Assembly (NCBI GenBank): GCA_905614355.1
Contig: CAJQSN010000014.1
Location: 10,276-74,275 of the forward strand
Direction of reading: 5' to 3'
DNA length: 64,000 nt
From: an uncultured Rhodospirillales bacterium
GTDB taxonomy: Bacteria > Pseudomonadota > Alphaproteobacteria > Rhodospirillales > UBA2165
Below the pieces are notes generated by a model. That model saw only the letters and a list, made by a program, of their open reading frames with translations, did not search any database and was not told where the DNA came from. This document shows positions 38,161-47,992 of this stretch, one piece after another. Position 1 is the stretch's first letter; each line of letters opens with the position of its first letter. Made by a program: the position numbers and the translations under genes.

Positions 38161-38284
38161 GTGTCTAAGTGATTATATCTAACTTTCAAATTTAATTTAT
38201 TTATAAATCTATCTAATAAACGTCTAAGTTCCGCTAGTTATAGTTTTTATCTTAAAAAATATGTGTCTAAGTTCGTGTCTAAGT
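38161..38284 (+). repeat. four direct copies of the (G/C)GTCTAAGT motif in AT-rich DNA next to the att copy
   Basis: GTGTCTAAGT occurs at 38161, 38263 and 38275, and CGTCTAAGT at 38221, all in the same orientation. I did not see the motif elsewhere in the window. Confidence 0.6.
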
Positions 38285-38479
38285 ATTTCCACCAACAGGA
38301 TATGTAGCTCCGCTATCAACTTAAGATAAAAAAACCTTTTGAGTGAATTCTTCTAGGTGGATATTTTTTCGATCCAGTAAAGTATAAAAATTAAATTTTT
38401 TTTGGTTGTTGACCTCGATCATTACCATTTTAATGGTATATTAACGCCGAAGTTATCAATATCAACAAAGGAGATTCAA

Positions 38480-39010
38480 ATGTTTTCGAATGTAACAAAC
38501 AAACAATTCTATTTTTTCATATTTCTATTCTCCGTGGCAACTATTCTTTTTCAATCTTCTGCTTTTGCAGCAGGTGACCATAAAATTTCTCTTATGGATC
38601 CGATATGGGATGGTAAAAAGATACCAAGTGGAATGCAATGCTCTAGGCAAGGGGGGAAAAATCCTCATACACCGAAACTTAAAGTTACTAATCTACCAAA
38701 AGGAACCTCATATCTTCGCATGGTCATTACTGACGAAAGTTACGGGGGTGAAGGATTTCACGGTATTTTTAAAATAGAGGTTCCGACAGGTGCGTCAGAA
38801 ATCGTAATTCCGAGAATATATGAACAAACAGAACAATTGCCGGCAAGTATTGAACTAGAAAAAGGGAATGGAAGTCCTGACGGTGGAAAAGGTCATTATC
38901 TTCCACCGTGCTCTGGAAATGGCAATCACAACTACTTTGCTGAAATCCTCCCTTATAATGATAGTGACGAAAAACTAAAAGAAAATTATATCGACTTCGG
39001 CAGATATTAA
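38480..39010 (+). CDS. secreted hypothetical protein (weak PEBP/YbhB-like resemblance)
   Basis: An AGGAG SD lies 7 nt upstream of ATG 38480. A signal peptide (FYFFIFLFSVATILFQSSAFA/AG) is present. GGKNPHTPKLKV.NLPKGTSYLRMVITD loosely recalls the PEBP motif G.N.SP.L.W..P.GT......DPD. A terminator follows the gene. Confidence 0.6.
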   Translation: MFSNVTNKQFYFFIFLFSVATILFQSSAFAAGDHKISLMDPIWDGKKIPSGMQCSRQGGKNPHTPKLKVTNLPKGTSYLRMVITDESYGGEGFHGIFKIEVPTGASEIVIPRIYEQTEQLPASIELEKGNGSPDGGKGHYLPPCSGNGNHNYFAEILPYNDSDEKLKENYIDFGRY

Positions 39011-39050
39011 TACCACAACGATAATAATCGTATTTTAAATACTTCTTATT

Positions 39051-39089
39051 ACACCCTCAATAAAAATTCGCCATTGAGGGTGTTTTTTT
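39051..39089 (+). terminator. rho-independent terminator
   Basis: An 11-bp perfect stem (ACACCCTCAAT / ATTGAGGGTGT) with an 11-nt loop, followed by T7. It lies 40 nt after the stop of the 38480..39010 gene. Confidence 0.75.
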
Positions 39090-39137
39090 ATAGGGAGGTT
39101 TTACGCAGACCCATCCCAGTTTTAGGGGTGAAAAGTA

Positions 39138-39214
39138 TGGTAGCGGAGGAGAGACTTGAACTCCCGACACCCGGATTATGATTCCGATGCTCTAACCAGC
39201 TGAGCTACTCCGCC
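39138..39214 (-). tRNA. tRNA-Met (anticodon CAT; elongator Met versus Ile2/lysidine not distinguishable by eye)
   Basis: The reverse complement is GGCGGAGTAGCTCAGCTGGTTAGAGCATCGGAATCATAATCCGGGTGTCGGGAGTTCAAGTCTCTCCTCCGCTACCA. It folds as a 77-nt cloverleaf with a 7-bp acceptor stem, a GCTC/GAGC D stem, an ATCATAA anticodon loop, a GTTCAAGT T loop and an encoded CCA. Confidence 0.9.
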
Positions 39215-39591
39215 ACAATAAGTCGTTATCTAGCACGACTATTACCAAAATAGTCCTCTTATTTAAGTTAAAAAGGACACCGGTGTATATTTTTTGACAA
39301 CAGTTAAGTCAAGAGATTAAAATAGAGAAACTTAATAAATTTTATAAGATTAATTATCGCCGCCAACTTTAAAGTTCATACTTATTTTATGGAGATAACA
39401 TAATACGTACTCACCAAATTGTCCATCAACACTGTCAGATTTCCTGGTTATCACTTTAATATCATTAGAAATTTCGTTCGTTAGCCCACCCGCAGGTTCA
39501 AAAGCCAAGCTTTATGTTTCTAATTCTTTAAATTGAGAAATCAATTTATTCTTCCCTTAGGTAATATTTTATTTTCAAGAGCCTACTCATT

Positions 39592-40698
39592 CTAATTTGG
39601 TCGCACAATCCACCCACCGCCAAGCATCCGTTCGTCATTATAAAAGACACAAGCCTGGCCTGGCGCAATGCCCGCATAAGGGGTATACAGAATTACTTCT
39701 CCACGACCCTCCCCTATTGAGCGTAATGTTGCTGGGAGTAGGGGGGTCATTGAACGAATTTTCACAGTAATTTCTATTACATCATCACTCAGAGGTTCAT
39801 CGCCTAGCCAGTTTATTTCATTCAACACTATTGATTTTTGTAATAAAGCCTCTTTTGGCCCCACAGTTACGGTTTTTGTATTTGGGTCCAGCTTCAACAC
39901 GTAAAGTGGATCGCCACCTCCTATATTTAAACCACGGCGCTGACCAATGGTAAAATTGATAATCCCCTCATGATCACCAAGAACAATACCCGCTTGATCT
40001 ACAATTTTACCAGGAGAAATCGCATCAGGGCGCATCTTTTTTATAACGTCCGCGTAATTTCCATTGGGAACGAAACAAATGTCTTGGCTGTCTGGCTTAT
40101 CTGCTACAGAAAGGCCAAGACGCTCGGCCTCTTCTCGAGTCTCCTCTTTGGTCATACCGCCTAATGGGAACCGTAAAAAATCCAACTGCTCTTGGGTCGT
40201 AGCAAAAAGAAAATAACTTTGATCTTTTAGTTGATTAGCACCACGATGAAGTTCAGATTTTTTTGTTCCAGAAATATACTGGACATAATGACCAGTAGCT
40301 AAAACATCCGCCTCGAGTTCTTTGGCTCGTGATATTAGATCACGAAATTTTACGGTCTGATTACAGCGCACACATGGAATAGGTGTCTCACCCGCCAGAT
40401 AGGTGTCAGCAAAGTCTTCCATCACATCTTCACGGAAACGATCCTCGTAATCCAAAACGTAGTGTGGAAAACCCTTAGTATCAGCAACTCGCTTGGCATC
40501 ATAAATATCCTGGCCTGCACAGCAGGCGCCAGGCCGTGCAATTGCATTACCATAATTAAAAAGCTGTAGAGTTATACCTATAACATCATACCCCGCCTCA
40601 TACAGCAACGCCGCTGTCACAGAACTGTCGACACCACCCGACATAGCTACAACAACGCGGGTATCTTTGGGATCCTTATTTATTCCGAGACTATTCAT
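39592..40698 (-). CDS. mnmA: tRNA 2-thiouridine(34) synthase
   Basis: PP-loop [10 protein letters not shown], the catalytic-Cys contexts (CVRCN, KDQSYFL) and a typical length. Confidence 0.92.
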   Translation of the reverse strand: MNSLGINKDPKDTRVVVAMSGGVDSSVTAALLYEAGYDVIGITLQLFNYGNAIARPGACCAGQDIYDAKRVADTKGFPHYVLDYEDRFREDVMEDFADTYLAGETPIPCVRCNQTVKFRDLISRAKELEADVLATGHYVQYISGTKKSELHRGANQLKDQSYFLFATTQEQLDFLRFPLGGMTKEETREEAERLGLSVADKPDSQDICFVPNGNYADVIKKMRPDAISPGKIVDQAGIVLGDHEGIINFTIGQRRGLNIGGGDPLYVLKLDPNTKTVTVGPKEALLQKSIVLNEINWLGDEPLSDDVIEITVKIRSMTPLLPATLRSIGEGRGEVILYTPYAGIAPGQACVFYNDERMLGGGWIVRPN

Positions 40699-40836
40699 TT
40701 TTTTTCTTCATATTAACTTTAATCTCTGCATTAATTTCTAACCTTATCTACTTAGCCGCGGAAAATACGGCTGAACCTTATTTTTATTTCCCTGTTATCC
40801 ACTTTGGACATAAATTAAACACAGGATCTATACGAC

Positions 40837-41487
40837 TTATTCTACGTTTAAACCCATCTGCCAAAAAGCAGTCTCCAATTTTGTTGCTTGATTGAATATT
40901 TTTGAAAGACTCTTGAAACGTCCTTCACCTCCTCGGTTACCCATTAGTATATCTAGCTGATCAATTTCAGCACTAGCTATTGCCTGATACTCATCAGAAG
41001 CATACATTTCAATCCAAGCGCCAAAAGGATTACTCCTAATTTGGTCCTTAAACAAATTACCAATTTCTGCATACCCGATTATACATGGGGCGAGTGCAAC
41101 ATGAAGGTCCAACAAATCACCAGACGAACCTTTTTCGAGTACGTAACGAGTATACGCCATGGTTTCAGCAGCCTCAGGTAACGCCTCCATATTAGACTCG
41201 CTTAAATCCCAGTCAGAGCAAAATTTAATATGAAGATCCATTTCAGTGTTGATTATCGCATTCAAACCATCAGTGGCCTGTCTAATATCTGCCAAATTAT
41301 CAGATTTATACGCTGCTAATGCGTAAGCCCGGGCAAAGTGAATGAGAAATAAATAATCTTGGCTTAAATAGTATTTGAAACTCGATTCCTTAAGCGTTCC
41401 ATTAGCGATCTGCTTCACGAATTTATGGCTGGTATAGGAATCCCAAATTAATTCGTTATCACCTTTAAGGCGTGCAAACAATGTCAT
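40837..41487 (-). CDS. tenA: TenA-family aminopyrimidine aminohydrolase (thiaminase II)
   Basis: H.F...I..GTL, YLSQDYLFL and the active-site Cys context ALAPCIIGYAEIG. It overlaps the upstream ferredoxin gene by 4 nt. Confidence 0.8.
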   Translation of the reverse strand: MTLFARLKGDNELIWDSYTSHKFVKQIANGTLKESSFKYYLSQDYLFLIHFARAYALAAYKSDNLADIRQATDGLNAIINTEMDLHIKFCSDWDLSESNMEALPEAAETMAYTRYVLEKGSSGDLLDLHVALAPCIIGYAEIGNLFKDQIRSNPFGAWIEMYASDEYQAIASAEIDQLDILMGNRGGEGRFKSLSKIFNQATKLETAFWQMGLNVE

Positions 41488-41813
41488 ATCATCAAGTTAT
41501 GGGTCTCAGAAGGCAAAGTTATCACTAGGCCATCCAACTCCTCACTCATAAGAAGTTGGCAACTCAATCGAGATGTTCGAGTTAATCCATACGCTAAATC
41601 AAGCATGTCAGTCTCTTCCTCTTCCGCTGGTCGCATCCTTCCATACCACTCAGGATCAACAATAATATGACAAGTTGAACAAGCTAAAGAGCCTTCACAA
41701 GCCCCCTCGACATCAAAGTCATTAGCCTGCGCAATATCTAAAATACTCTTCCCTACTGGTGCATCCACTTCACGGGACAGTCCATTAAGCTCAATAAAAG
41801 TAATCTTAGGCAT
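41484..41813 (-). CDS. fdx: 2Fe-2S ferredoxin (adrenodoxin/Fdx type)
   Basis: GACEGSLACSTCH...SCQ cluster ligands, 109 aa. Confidence 0.85.
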   Translation of the reverse strand: MPKITFIELNGLSREVDAPVGKSILDIAQANDFDVEGACEGSLACSTCHIIVDPEWYGRMRPAEEEETDMLDLAYGLTRTSRLSCQLLMSEELDGLVITLPSETHNLMI

Positions 41814-41827
41814 TATTCTTCAAATCT

Positions 41828-42181
41828 TTAACCCACACTAAAAGATTCACCGCATCCGCAGCGGCCCGTCTCATTTGGGTTATCAAACACGAAACTCGAC
41901 TGCATACCATCTTCCACATAATCCATGGTAGAACCAAAAATATACATCATAGCTAAAGGATCCACGAATATGGTAACACCGTCTTGCTTGATAATATCCT
42001 CTAAAGGTTTCTGAGCGTCAGCATATTCCACGACGTAACTGTGACCATTACAGCCCATCGTCGTAACCCCAACACGCAAACCCAATACAGGCTTATCTGA
42101 GGCCCCCATTAATGTTTTAACCCGCTTAACGGCTGCATCCGTTAATGTGATAGAATTACCCTGAGTATCAGATATGGTCAT
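41828..42181 (-). CDS. sufA: A-type Fe-S cluster carrier (SufA/IscA/HesB family)
   Basis: A GC.G motif mid-protein and the C-terminal CGCGESF signature. Confidence 0.85.
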   Translation of the reverse strand: MTISDTQGNSITLTDAAVKRVKTLMGASDKPVLGLRVGVTTMGCNGHSYVVEYADAQKPLEDIIKQDGVTIFVDPLAMMYIFGSTMDYVEDGMQSSFVFDNPNETGRCGCGESFSVG

Positions 42182-42220
42182 TAGTACTTCCTAATCCTAA
42201 AATAATTTTATATTAAAAAC

Positions 42221-42694
42221 TTAGAACATACCAAGCGCTAGTTTAGCATCTTCAGACATTTTATCCATATCCCACGCTGGTTCCCAAACTAAATAAACTT
42301 CGACCTCACCAGTGCCATCAACCGATGCAGCGGCATCCGCTACTTGTTGCGGCAGAATACCCGCAACAGGGCAACCCGGCGCCGTTAACGTCATCTGGAT
42401 GTTAACACCACCACCTTGCGAAACATCAAGTTCATAAATTAAACCTAGTTCATATATATCTACAGGGATTTCCGGATCATAAACTGTCTTCAAAGCTTCG
42501 ATGATTACATCTTTTGATCTGACAATGGTACCCTCTTCATACGGTTCCCCAGCCTTACCTACAAGCCCCCCATTTTCAATAATATCAGGATCAAGTCCTC
42601 CGCCATCAACTGGGGCACCGAACCCAGGAGATCCTGTGGGCCCATGAGGGCCCGTATCCGGTGTATAATTTGGTGGTAAATTATCATCATTCAT
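42221..42694 (-). CDS. sufT: SUF-associated DUF59/MIP18 protein (SufT-like)
   Basis: DPEIPVDIYELGLIY and TLTAPGCP motifs, plus a Gly/Pro-rich N-terminal extension. Confidence 0.75.
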   Translation of the reverse strand: MNDDNLPPNYTPDTGPHGPTGSPGFGAPVDGGGLDPDIIENGGLVGKAGEPYEEGTIVRSKDVIIEALKTVYDPEIPVDIYELGLIYELDVSQGGGVNIQMTLTAPGCPVAGILPQQVADAAASVDGTGEVEVYLVWEPAWDMDKMSEDAKLALGMF

Positions 42695-42712
42695 AATTTT
42701 AATCTCATTCTG

Positions 42713-43183
42713 CTATTGATTATCACTTGAGACAGTGTGTTCGCCATGAACAGCCGCATTAATTGTGTGCCAAGCCAAAGTTGCACATTTAACACGCATT
42801 GGAAATTGCTTTACGCCAGATAGAACCATTAATTTCTCTATATCATCTTCAAATTTTTCAGGCGTTTCGCCAACTTCTTCGCCCTTACACATTTTATGAA
42901 AAATTCCAAACAATGCATCTACCTCAGAAATCTTTTTTCCTATGACAATATCTGTCATCATAGATGCCGACGCAACCGAGATTGCGCAACCACGGCCCTC
43001 AAATGCTGCATCTTCAATGTTTTGACATGCTCCAACTTTAACAAACACCGTCAACTTATCACCACACAATGGATTATTACCATTAGCCTCAGAGGTTGCA
43101 TCCTCAGGATGGCGGAAATTGCGAGGATTTTTTCCATGATCTAAGATGACCTCTTGATATAGTTCGCGGATATCATCTTCCAT
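42713..43183 (-). CDS. sufU: SufU-type (NifU N-terminal-like) sulfur-transfer/scaffold protein
   Basis: NPLCGD, GCAIS and the third Cys in VKCATLAW, with the SufU-type insertion between Cys2 and Cys3. It lies directly downstream of sufS. Confidence 0.8.
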   Translation of the reverse strand: MEDDIRELYQEVILDHGKNPRNFRHPEDATSEANGNNPLCGDKLTVFVKVGACQNIEDAAFEGRGCAISVASASMMTDIVIGKKISEVDALFGIFHKMCKGEEVGETPEKFEDDIEKLMVLSGVKQFPMRVKCATLAWHTINAAVHGEHTVSSDNQ

Positions 43184-44442
43184 TAGCTAAATATTTCCTT
43201 TACATAGTTTAAAGCATCAACAAGTTGATCGATATCATCTGTATTATTGTACATAGCCAGCGACGCTCGGGCCGTTGCAGCCAGTTCATAACGATCCATC
43301 AATGGTTGCGCACAATGGTGCCCTGCCCGAACAGCAACACCCTTGCTATCAATAATGGTACCAATATCGTGTGGATGCACACCATCCAACACAAAAGATA
43401 TAATGGGAGCCTTATGATCGGCCTGACCAATAATCCGCAGACCATCAATCTGAGCAAGCTCATTAGTTGCATAAGTTAACAGCTTGCTCTCATGGTTCGC
43501 TATTTTTTCAAGACCAATACTTGTCACATAATCAATTGCAGTAGCCAAGCCAACTGCTTCAACGATTGGTGGTGTACCAGCCTCGAACCGAGCCGGAGCT
43601 TCGCGATAAGTTGTTTTTTCGAATGTTACATTTTCAATCATATCACCACCACCTTCGTAAGGTGGCATCTCGTTCAAGAGATCAAGTTTGCCCCACAGAA
43701 CCCCAATTCCAGAGGGACCATACAACTTGTGGCCCGTGAAAGCATAAAATTCGGCATCTAAATCTTGAACATCCACACTCTCATGAACTATCCCCTGACA
43801 GCCATCTATTAATACATGTGCGCCAATATTATGAGCCTGCCGAACAATTTCCTTAATGGGAAGAATTGTACCCAAAACATTAGACACTTGTGTTACGGCA
43901 ACTAATTTAGTTTTTGAACCGAGTAATTTTTCAAACTCTTCCATTAAAAAATTACCGCGGTCGTCGATCGGTACAACCTTGATTTCAATTCCAATAGCAT
44001 CTCTCAACAATTGCCAAGGCACAATATTGGCATGATGCTCCATATGACTGATAATAATTTCATCACCAGCACGCAAGAATGTGCGACCATAGGAATACGC
44101 TACCAAATTAATTGCAGCCGTAACATTTCGTGTAAATATAATCTCATCTGGTGTTTTTGCATTTAAAAAATTTGCAACTGTTATGCGTGCATTTTCATAA
44201 TTGTCGGTTGCCAGTTGGCTCAAAGTGTATGCGCCCCGATGAACGTTTGCATATTCAGATCGGTAAGCCCGATCCATTCTATCTAATACCTGGATGGGCT
44301 TTTGCGCAGAAGCACCGCTATCCAAGAATGCTAGAGGATAACCATTTATTTCGAGACTTAGAGCAGGAAAATCTGCGCGCACAGAACTAACATTATAATC
44401 TATTTCGCTATCGAGCTTTAAAATCATATTTGAAGCAGTCAT
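43183..44442 (-). CDS. sufS: cysteine desulfurase, class II
   Basis: PLP-lysine context FTGHKLYGPSG, RAGHHCAQP with the catalytic Cys, and the SufS N-terminal FP..... pattern. Confidence 0.92.
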   Translation of the reverse strand: MTASNMILKLDSEIDYNVSSVRADFPALSLEINGYPLAFLDSGASAQKPIQVLDRMDRAYRSEYANVHRGAYTLSQLATDNYENARITVANFLNAKTPDEIIFTRNVTAAINLVAYSYGRTFLRAGDEIIISHMEHHANIVPWQLLRDAIGIEIKVVPIDDRGNFLMEEFEKLLGSKTKLVAVTQVSNVLGTILPIKEIVRQAHNIGAHVLIDGCQGIVHESVDVQDLDAEFYAFTGHKLYGPSGIGVLWGKLDLLNEMPPYEGGGDMIENVTFEKTTYREAPARFEAGTPPIVEAVGLATAIDYVTSIGLEKIANHESKLLTYATNELAQIDGLRIIGQADHKAPIISFVLDGVHPHDIGTIIDSKGVAVRAGHHCAQPLMDRYELAATARASLAMYNNTDDIDQLVDALNYVKEIFS

Positions 44443-44443
44443 T

Positions 44444-45739
44444 CTATCGACCCATCCATTCCGAAATTCTATTTATAAAAATACCTCTAAAATCCTCATC
44501 AACCCCCGAATCTATTGCGTCTGTTAGAAAACCTTCAACAAGCATTGAGCGGGCCAAGGCATCTGATATACCACGCGACCGAAGGTAAAAGAGGGCTTCT
44601 TCATCCAACTCACCTGCAGTAAAACCATGGGCGCACTGCACGTCATCAGCATAAATTTCGAGTTGCGGTTTAGCATCAATTTCAGCATCATCAGAGAGTA
44701 GCAAGGTTTTATTGCTCATGCGCCCATCAGTGCCATCGGCGCCATCGGCCACAATAATTGACCCTTGAAAAACACCACGCGCCTTATCGTCTAATGCCCC
44801 TTTATAACTTTCATTGGAGGTCGTATTAGGTACCAAATGTTCAATCAGCGTTGTATGATCCATGTGCTGGTTAGCACAGGCGATATAAACACCATTGAGA
44901 TTAGTATGTGCACCCTCGGCCTGACAAGCTACATGAACTTCGCTGCGGCTCAGGCGACCCCCTACCGACAAGATAAAACTATCGTAGGTTGCATCTTTAC
45001 CAATCCTGGCATTAACAGTTGATAAGTTAACACCCCCACTACCATCTTCTAACATGCGATAATGTTTTACGTAAGAACCACCATCAACTATGAACTCAGA
45101 AACATTGTTAGAAAAATAAGTATCATCTCCAATTCCAATATGCCGTTCTAAAATAGTCAGACTCGAGTTATTTTTTGCTACGATTAAATTACGCGGATGA
45201 TAACTTGTATTTCCACTACCTTGCGATACGTATACCACCTCAATGGGTTTATCCAATATTGCGTTTTCGATCAATACAACAAGCCCATCATCAATAAACG
45301 CTGTATTAAGGGCCAAGACCGGTAAATCCTCAACTGAGCCAATTTGACCAAGGTAACCCTCAATCAGAGCTGGCTCAGTAGCAAGCACCTCAGATAGAGA
45401 CAACACCTTTATACCTTCACCAAACGGACCAATTGCCGAGAGGCCTTTATCAAAACAACCATTAACGAATACTAATTTATGAGTTTCAAGACCTGCCGGC
45501 AACCAATCCAAATCCACCTGATCTACATCCAAAACGCCGTTATTGCCATTACCTATATTATCTAGCACCTTAAGACTTGTATATTTCCATTCCTCAACAT
45601 TAGGCGTTGGCAAACCATTAACCGAGAAATTTTCAAGGCCACTTTTTCGCAATTGTTCAAGCCAGGGTTCAGAACAAGAAAACTCTATAGCTTTGTTCTG
45701 TTTAATAAAAGTCTGGCTGGATTTTGATAGGTTTCCCAT
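44444..45739 (-). CDS. sufD: Fe-S cluster assembly protein SufD
   Basis: A beta-helix family member with the C-terminal motifs LLLSDDAEIDAKPQLEIYADDVQCAHG and ALFYLRSRGI. It sits between sufC and sufS. Confidence 0.88.
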   Translation of the reverse strand: MGNLSKSSQTFIKQNKAIEFSCSEPWLEQLRKSGLENFSVNGLPTPNVEEWKYTSLKVLDNIGNGNNGVLDVDQVDLDWLPAGLETHKLVFVNGCFDKGLSAIGPFGEGIKVLSLSEVLATEPALIEGYLGQIGSVEDLPVLALNTAFIDDGLVVLIENAILDKPIEVVYVSQGSGNTSYHPRNLIVAKNNSSLTILERHIGIGDDTYFSNNVSEFIVDGGSYVKHYRMLEDGSGGVNLSTVNARIGKDATYDSFILSVGGRLSRSEVHVACQAEGAHTNLNGVYIACANQHMDHTTLIEHLVPNTTSNESYKGALDDKARGVFQGSIIVADGADGTDGRMSNKTLLLSDDAEIDAKPQLEIYADDVQCAHGFTAGELDEEALFYLRSRGISDALARSMLVEGFLTDAIDSGVDEDFRGIFINRISEWMGR

Positions 45740-45741
45740 AT

Positions 45742-46491
45742 TTAAGCCGCTGCCTCTGCATAACGTGCATAACCATTTTTTTCTAATTTAATAGCTAGCT
45801 CCTTATCACCAGTATCTACAATTTTCCCGTCAGCGAGCACATGCACTACGTCAGGAACAATATAATCAAGTAAACGTTGATAGTGCGTAATTACAAGCAT
45901 ACTGCGCTCCGGTGATCTTAATGCCGTAACACCTTCACCCACGATACGGAGGGCATCCACATCCAGACCACTATCAGTCTCATCCAATAAGGCTAAAGTA
46001 GGCTCAAGCACTGCCATTTGAAGCACTTCTGCACGTTTTTTCTCACCACCTGAAAATCCAACATTGACAGCTCGCTTTAACATATCATCACCAATGTTTA
46101 GAACCTTAGTCTGACGGCGAACAAACTTTAGAAAATCCATCGCATCAAATTCACTTTGACCACGATATCGCCTAACAGAGTTTACCGATGCTTTCAGAAA
46201 ATTCATCGTCGATACGCCTGGAATTTCTACCGGATATTGAAACGCCAAGAAGACCCCTTCGCCGGCGCGTTTTTCTGGTTCCATATCAAGTAAATTCTTA
46301 CCTTGATAGAGAACCGTACCACTCGTAACCTCATAGCCTTCACGACCCGAGAGAACATAGGAAAGCGTAGATTTACCGGCTCCATTAGGCCCCATAATCG
46401 CATGAACCTCTCCTGATCCTATAGTCAAATCAAGACCCTTGAGAATTTCTACCTCACCAACTCTGGCGTGAAGATTTTTAATTTCTAACAT
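45742..46491 (-). CDS. sufC: Fe-S cluster assembly ATPase SufC
   Basis: Walker A GPNGAGKST, signature FSGGEKKR and LDETDSGLD. Confidence 0.95.
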   Translation of the reverse strand: MLEIKNLHARVGEVEILKGLDLTIGSGEVHAIMGPNGAGKSTLSYVLSGREGYEVTSGTVLYQGKNLLDMEPEKRAGEGVFLAFQYPVEIPGVSTMNFLKASVNSVRRYRGQSEFDAMDFLKFVRRQTKVLNIGDDMLKRAVNVGFSGGEKKRAEVLQMAVLEPTLALLDETDSGLDVDALRIVGEGVTALRSPERSMLVITHYQRLLDYIVPDVVHVLADGKIVDTGDKELAIKLEKNGYARYAEAAA

Positions 46492-46514
46492 TAATTTTTT
46501 CTTTCCAATACATT

Positions 46515-47975
46515 TTAACCAACACTACCTTCTAAACTAATCCCAACTAGCTTCTGAGCTTCAACAGCGAATTCCATAGGAAGTTCTTGCATTACATCAC
46601 GACAAAAACCGTTAACTATCAAAGCAACAGCATCTTCTTCCGAGATACCGCGTTGGCGACAATAGAACAATTGATCGTCAGCAATTTTAGACGTTGTCGC
46701 TTCGTGCTCAATCTTAGCTGACTTATTACGGCTTTCAATATAAGGTACCGTATGAGCTCCACATTCCTTACCTATTAACAACGAGTCACATTGCGTATAA
46801 TTTCTAGACCCTTCTGCCTTCGGCATCATCTTAACCAGCCCACGATAGGTGCTTTGCGATTTACCGGCTGAGATACCCTTCGCAATGATCTTAGAACTTG
46901 TATTTTTACCCAGATGGATCATTTTGGTGCCGGTATCAGCCTGTTGGTGGTTATTGGTGATAGCCACTGAATAAAACTCGCCAACTGAATGATCACCTTG
47001 CAAAATACAGCTTGGGTATTTCCAAGTAATTGCAGAGCCTGTTTCGACCTGTGTCCACGACACCTTGGCGTTCCGACCTCGGCATGCCGCACGCTTAGTA
47101 ACAAAGTTATAAATACCACCCACACCATTTTCATCACCTGGATACCAATTTTGAACGGTAGAATATTTAATATCTGCATCATCAAGAATAACCAACTCAA
47201 CGACGGCCGCATGAAGTTGATTTTCATCACGCATCGGCGCTGTGCAGCCTTCAAGATAACTCACCTTGGATCCTGCATCAGCAATTATTAATGTGCGTTC
47301 AAATTGCCCAGTATTTGACGCGTTGATCCGAAAGTAAGTTGAGAGCTCCATCGGACAGTTGACCCCTTTTGGAATGTAAACAAAAGAACCATCTGTAAAA
47401 ACAGCAGAATTTAGAGTGGCAAAATAATTATCGGAATAAGGAACAACCGAACCAAGATATTGCTTTACAAGATCTGGGTGTTCTTTTACGGCTTCTGAAA
47501 TGGGGCAAAATATTACGCCTTCCTTTGATAAGGCCTCTTTAAAAGTTGTTGCGACGGAAACACTATCAAACACAGCATCAACGGCAACATTCTTAACACC
47601 AGCCAGCACTTCCTGTTCGTGAAGTGGGATACCAAGCTTTTTATACGTATCTAATATCTCAGGATCCACATCTCCAAGGCTATCGGGCCCATCGTCCATC
47701 GATTTTGGTGCGGAATAATAGTATGAATCTTGGTAGTCAATTGGCGGATAACCTACCTTAGCCCAATTGGGTTCTTTCATAGTCAACCAATGTGCATATG
47801 CTTTTAATCGCCAATCGAGCAACCAACTCGGCTCTTCTTTCTTGGCGGAAATAAACCGTATAATGCCCTCGTTAAGACCTTTAGGAGCTTGGTCGGACTC
47901 AATATCGGTCACAAAGCCATATTTATATTTTTCAACTAATTCAACTTGATCAACTGTTTCTGTAACTGCTACCAT
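46515..47975 (-). CDS. sufB: Fe-S cluster assembly scaffold SufB
   Basis: Highly conserved SufB blocks: [15 protein letters not shown] and HEA.TSKI..DQLFY...RG. Confidence 0.95.
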   Translation of the reverse strand: MVAVTETVDQVELVEKYKYGFVTDIESDQAPKGLNEGIIRFISAKKEEPSWLLDWRLKAYAHWLTMKEPNWAKVGYPPIDYQDSYYYSAPKSMDDGPDSLGDVDPEILDTYKKLGIPLHEQEVLAGVKNVAVDAVFDSVSVATTFKEALSKEGVIFCPISEAVKEHPDLVKQYLGSVVPYSDNYFATLNSAVFTDGSFVYIPKGVNCPMELSTYFRINASNTGQFERTLIIADAGSKVSYLEGCTAPMRDENQLHAAVVELVILDDADIKYSTVQNWYPGDENGVGGIYNFVTKRAACRGRNAKVSWTQVETGSAITWKYPSCILQGDHSVGEFYSVAITNNHQQADTGTKMIHLGKNTSSKIIAKGISAGKSQSTYRGLVKMMPKAEGSRNYTQCDSLLIGKECGAHTVPYIESRNKSAKIEHEATTSKIADDQLFYCRQRGISEEDAVALIVNGFCRDVMQELPMEFAVEAQKLVGISLEGSVG

Positions 47976-47992
47976 TTATCCTACTCTATTCT

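Larger units (their letters stand above)
28965..39137. mobile_element. decayed composite genomic island(s) at the 3' end of tRNA-Met
   Basis: It is bounded by the intact tRNA and two nested direct repeats of its 3' half. It holds integrase remnants and accessory cargo, with a decayed AT-rich flank on the distal side. Confidence 0.65.

Noticed and set aside
38402-38479. Upstream extension (start at 38402) of the secreted-protein gene
   Set aside because: ATG 38480 has an AGGAG SD at ideal spacing and begins directly with a signal peptide. The extension would bury the signal peptide.
46919-47291. ORFs 46919..47254 (-) and 46989..47291 (+) inside sufB, and similar internal ORFs in sufS, sufD, the nifS-like genes, the AsmA-like gene, PBP1A and amiC
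   Set aside because: All are nested in alternative frames of highly conserved genes, and none has independent support.
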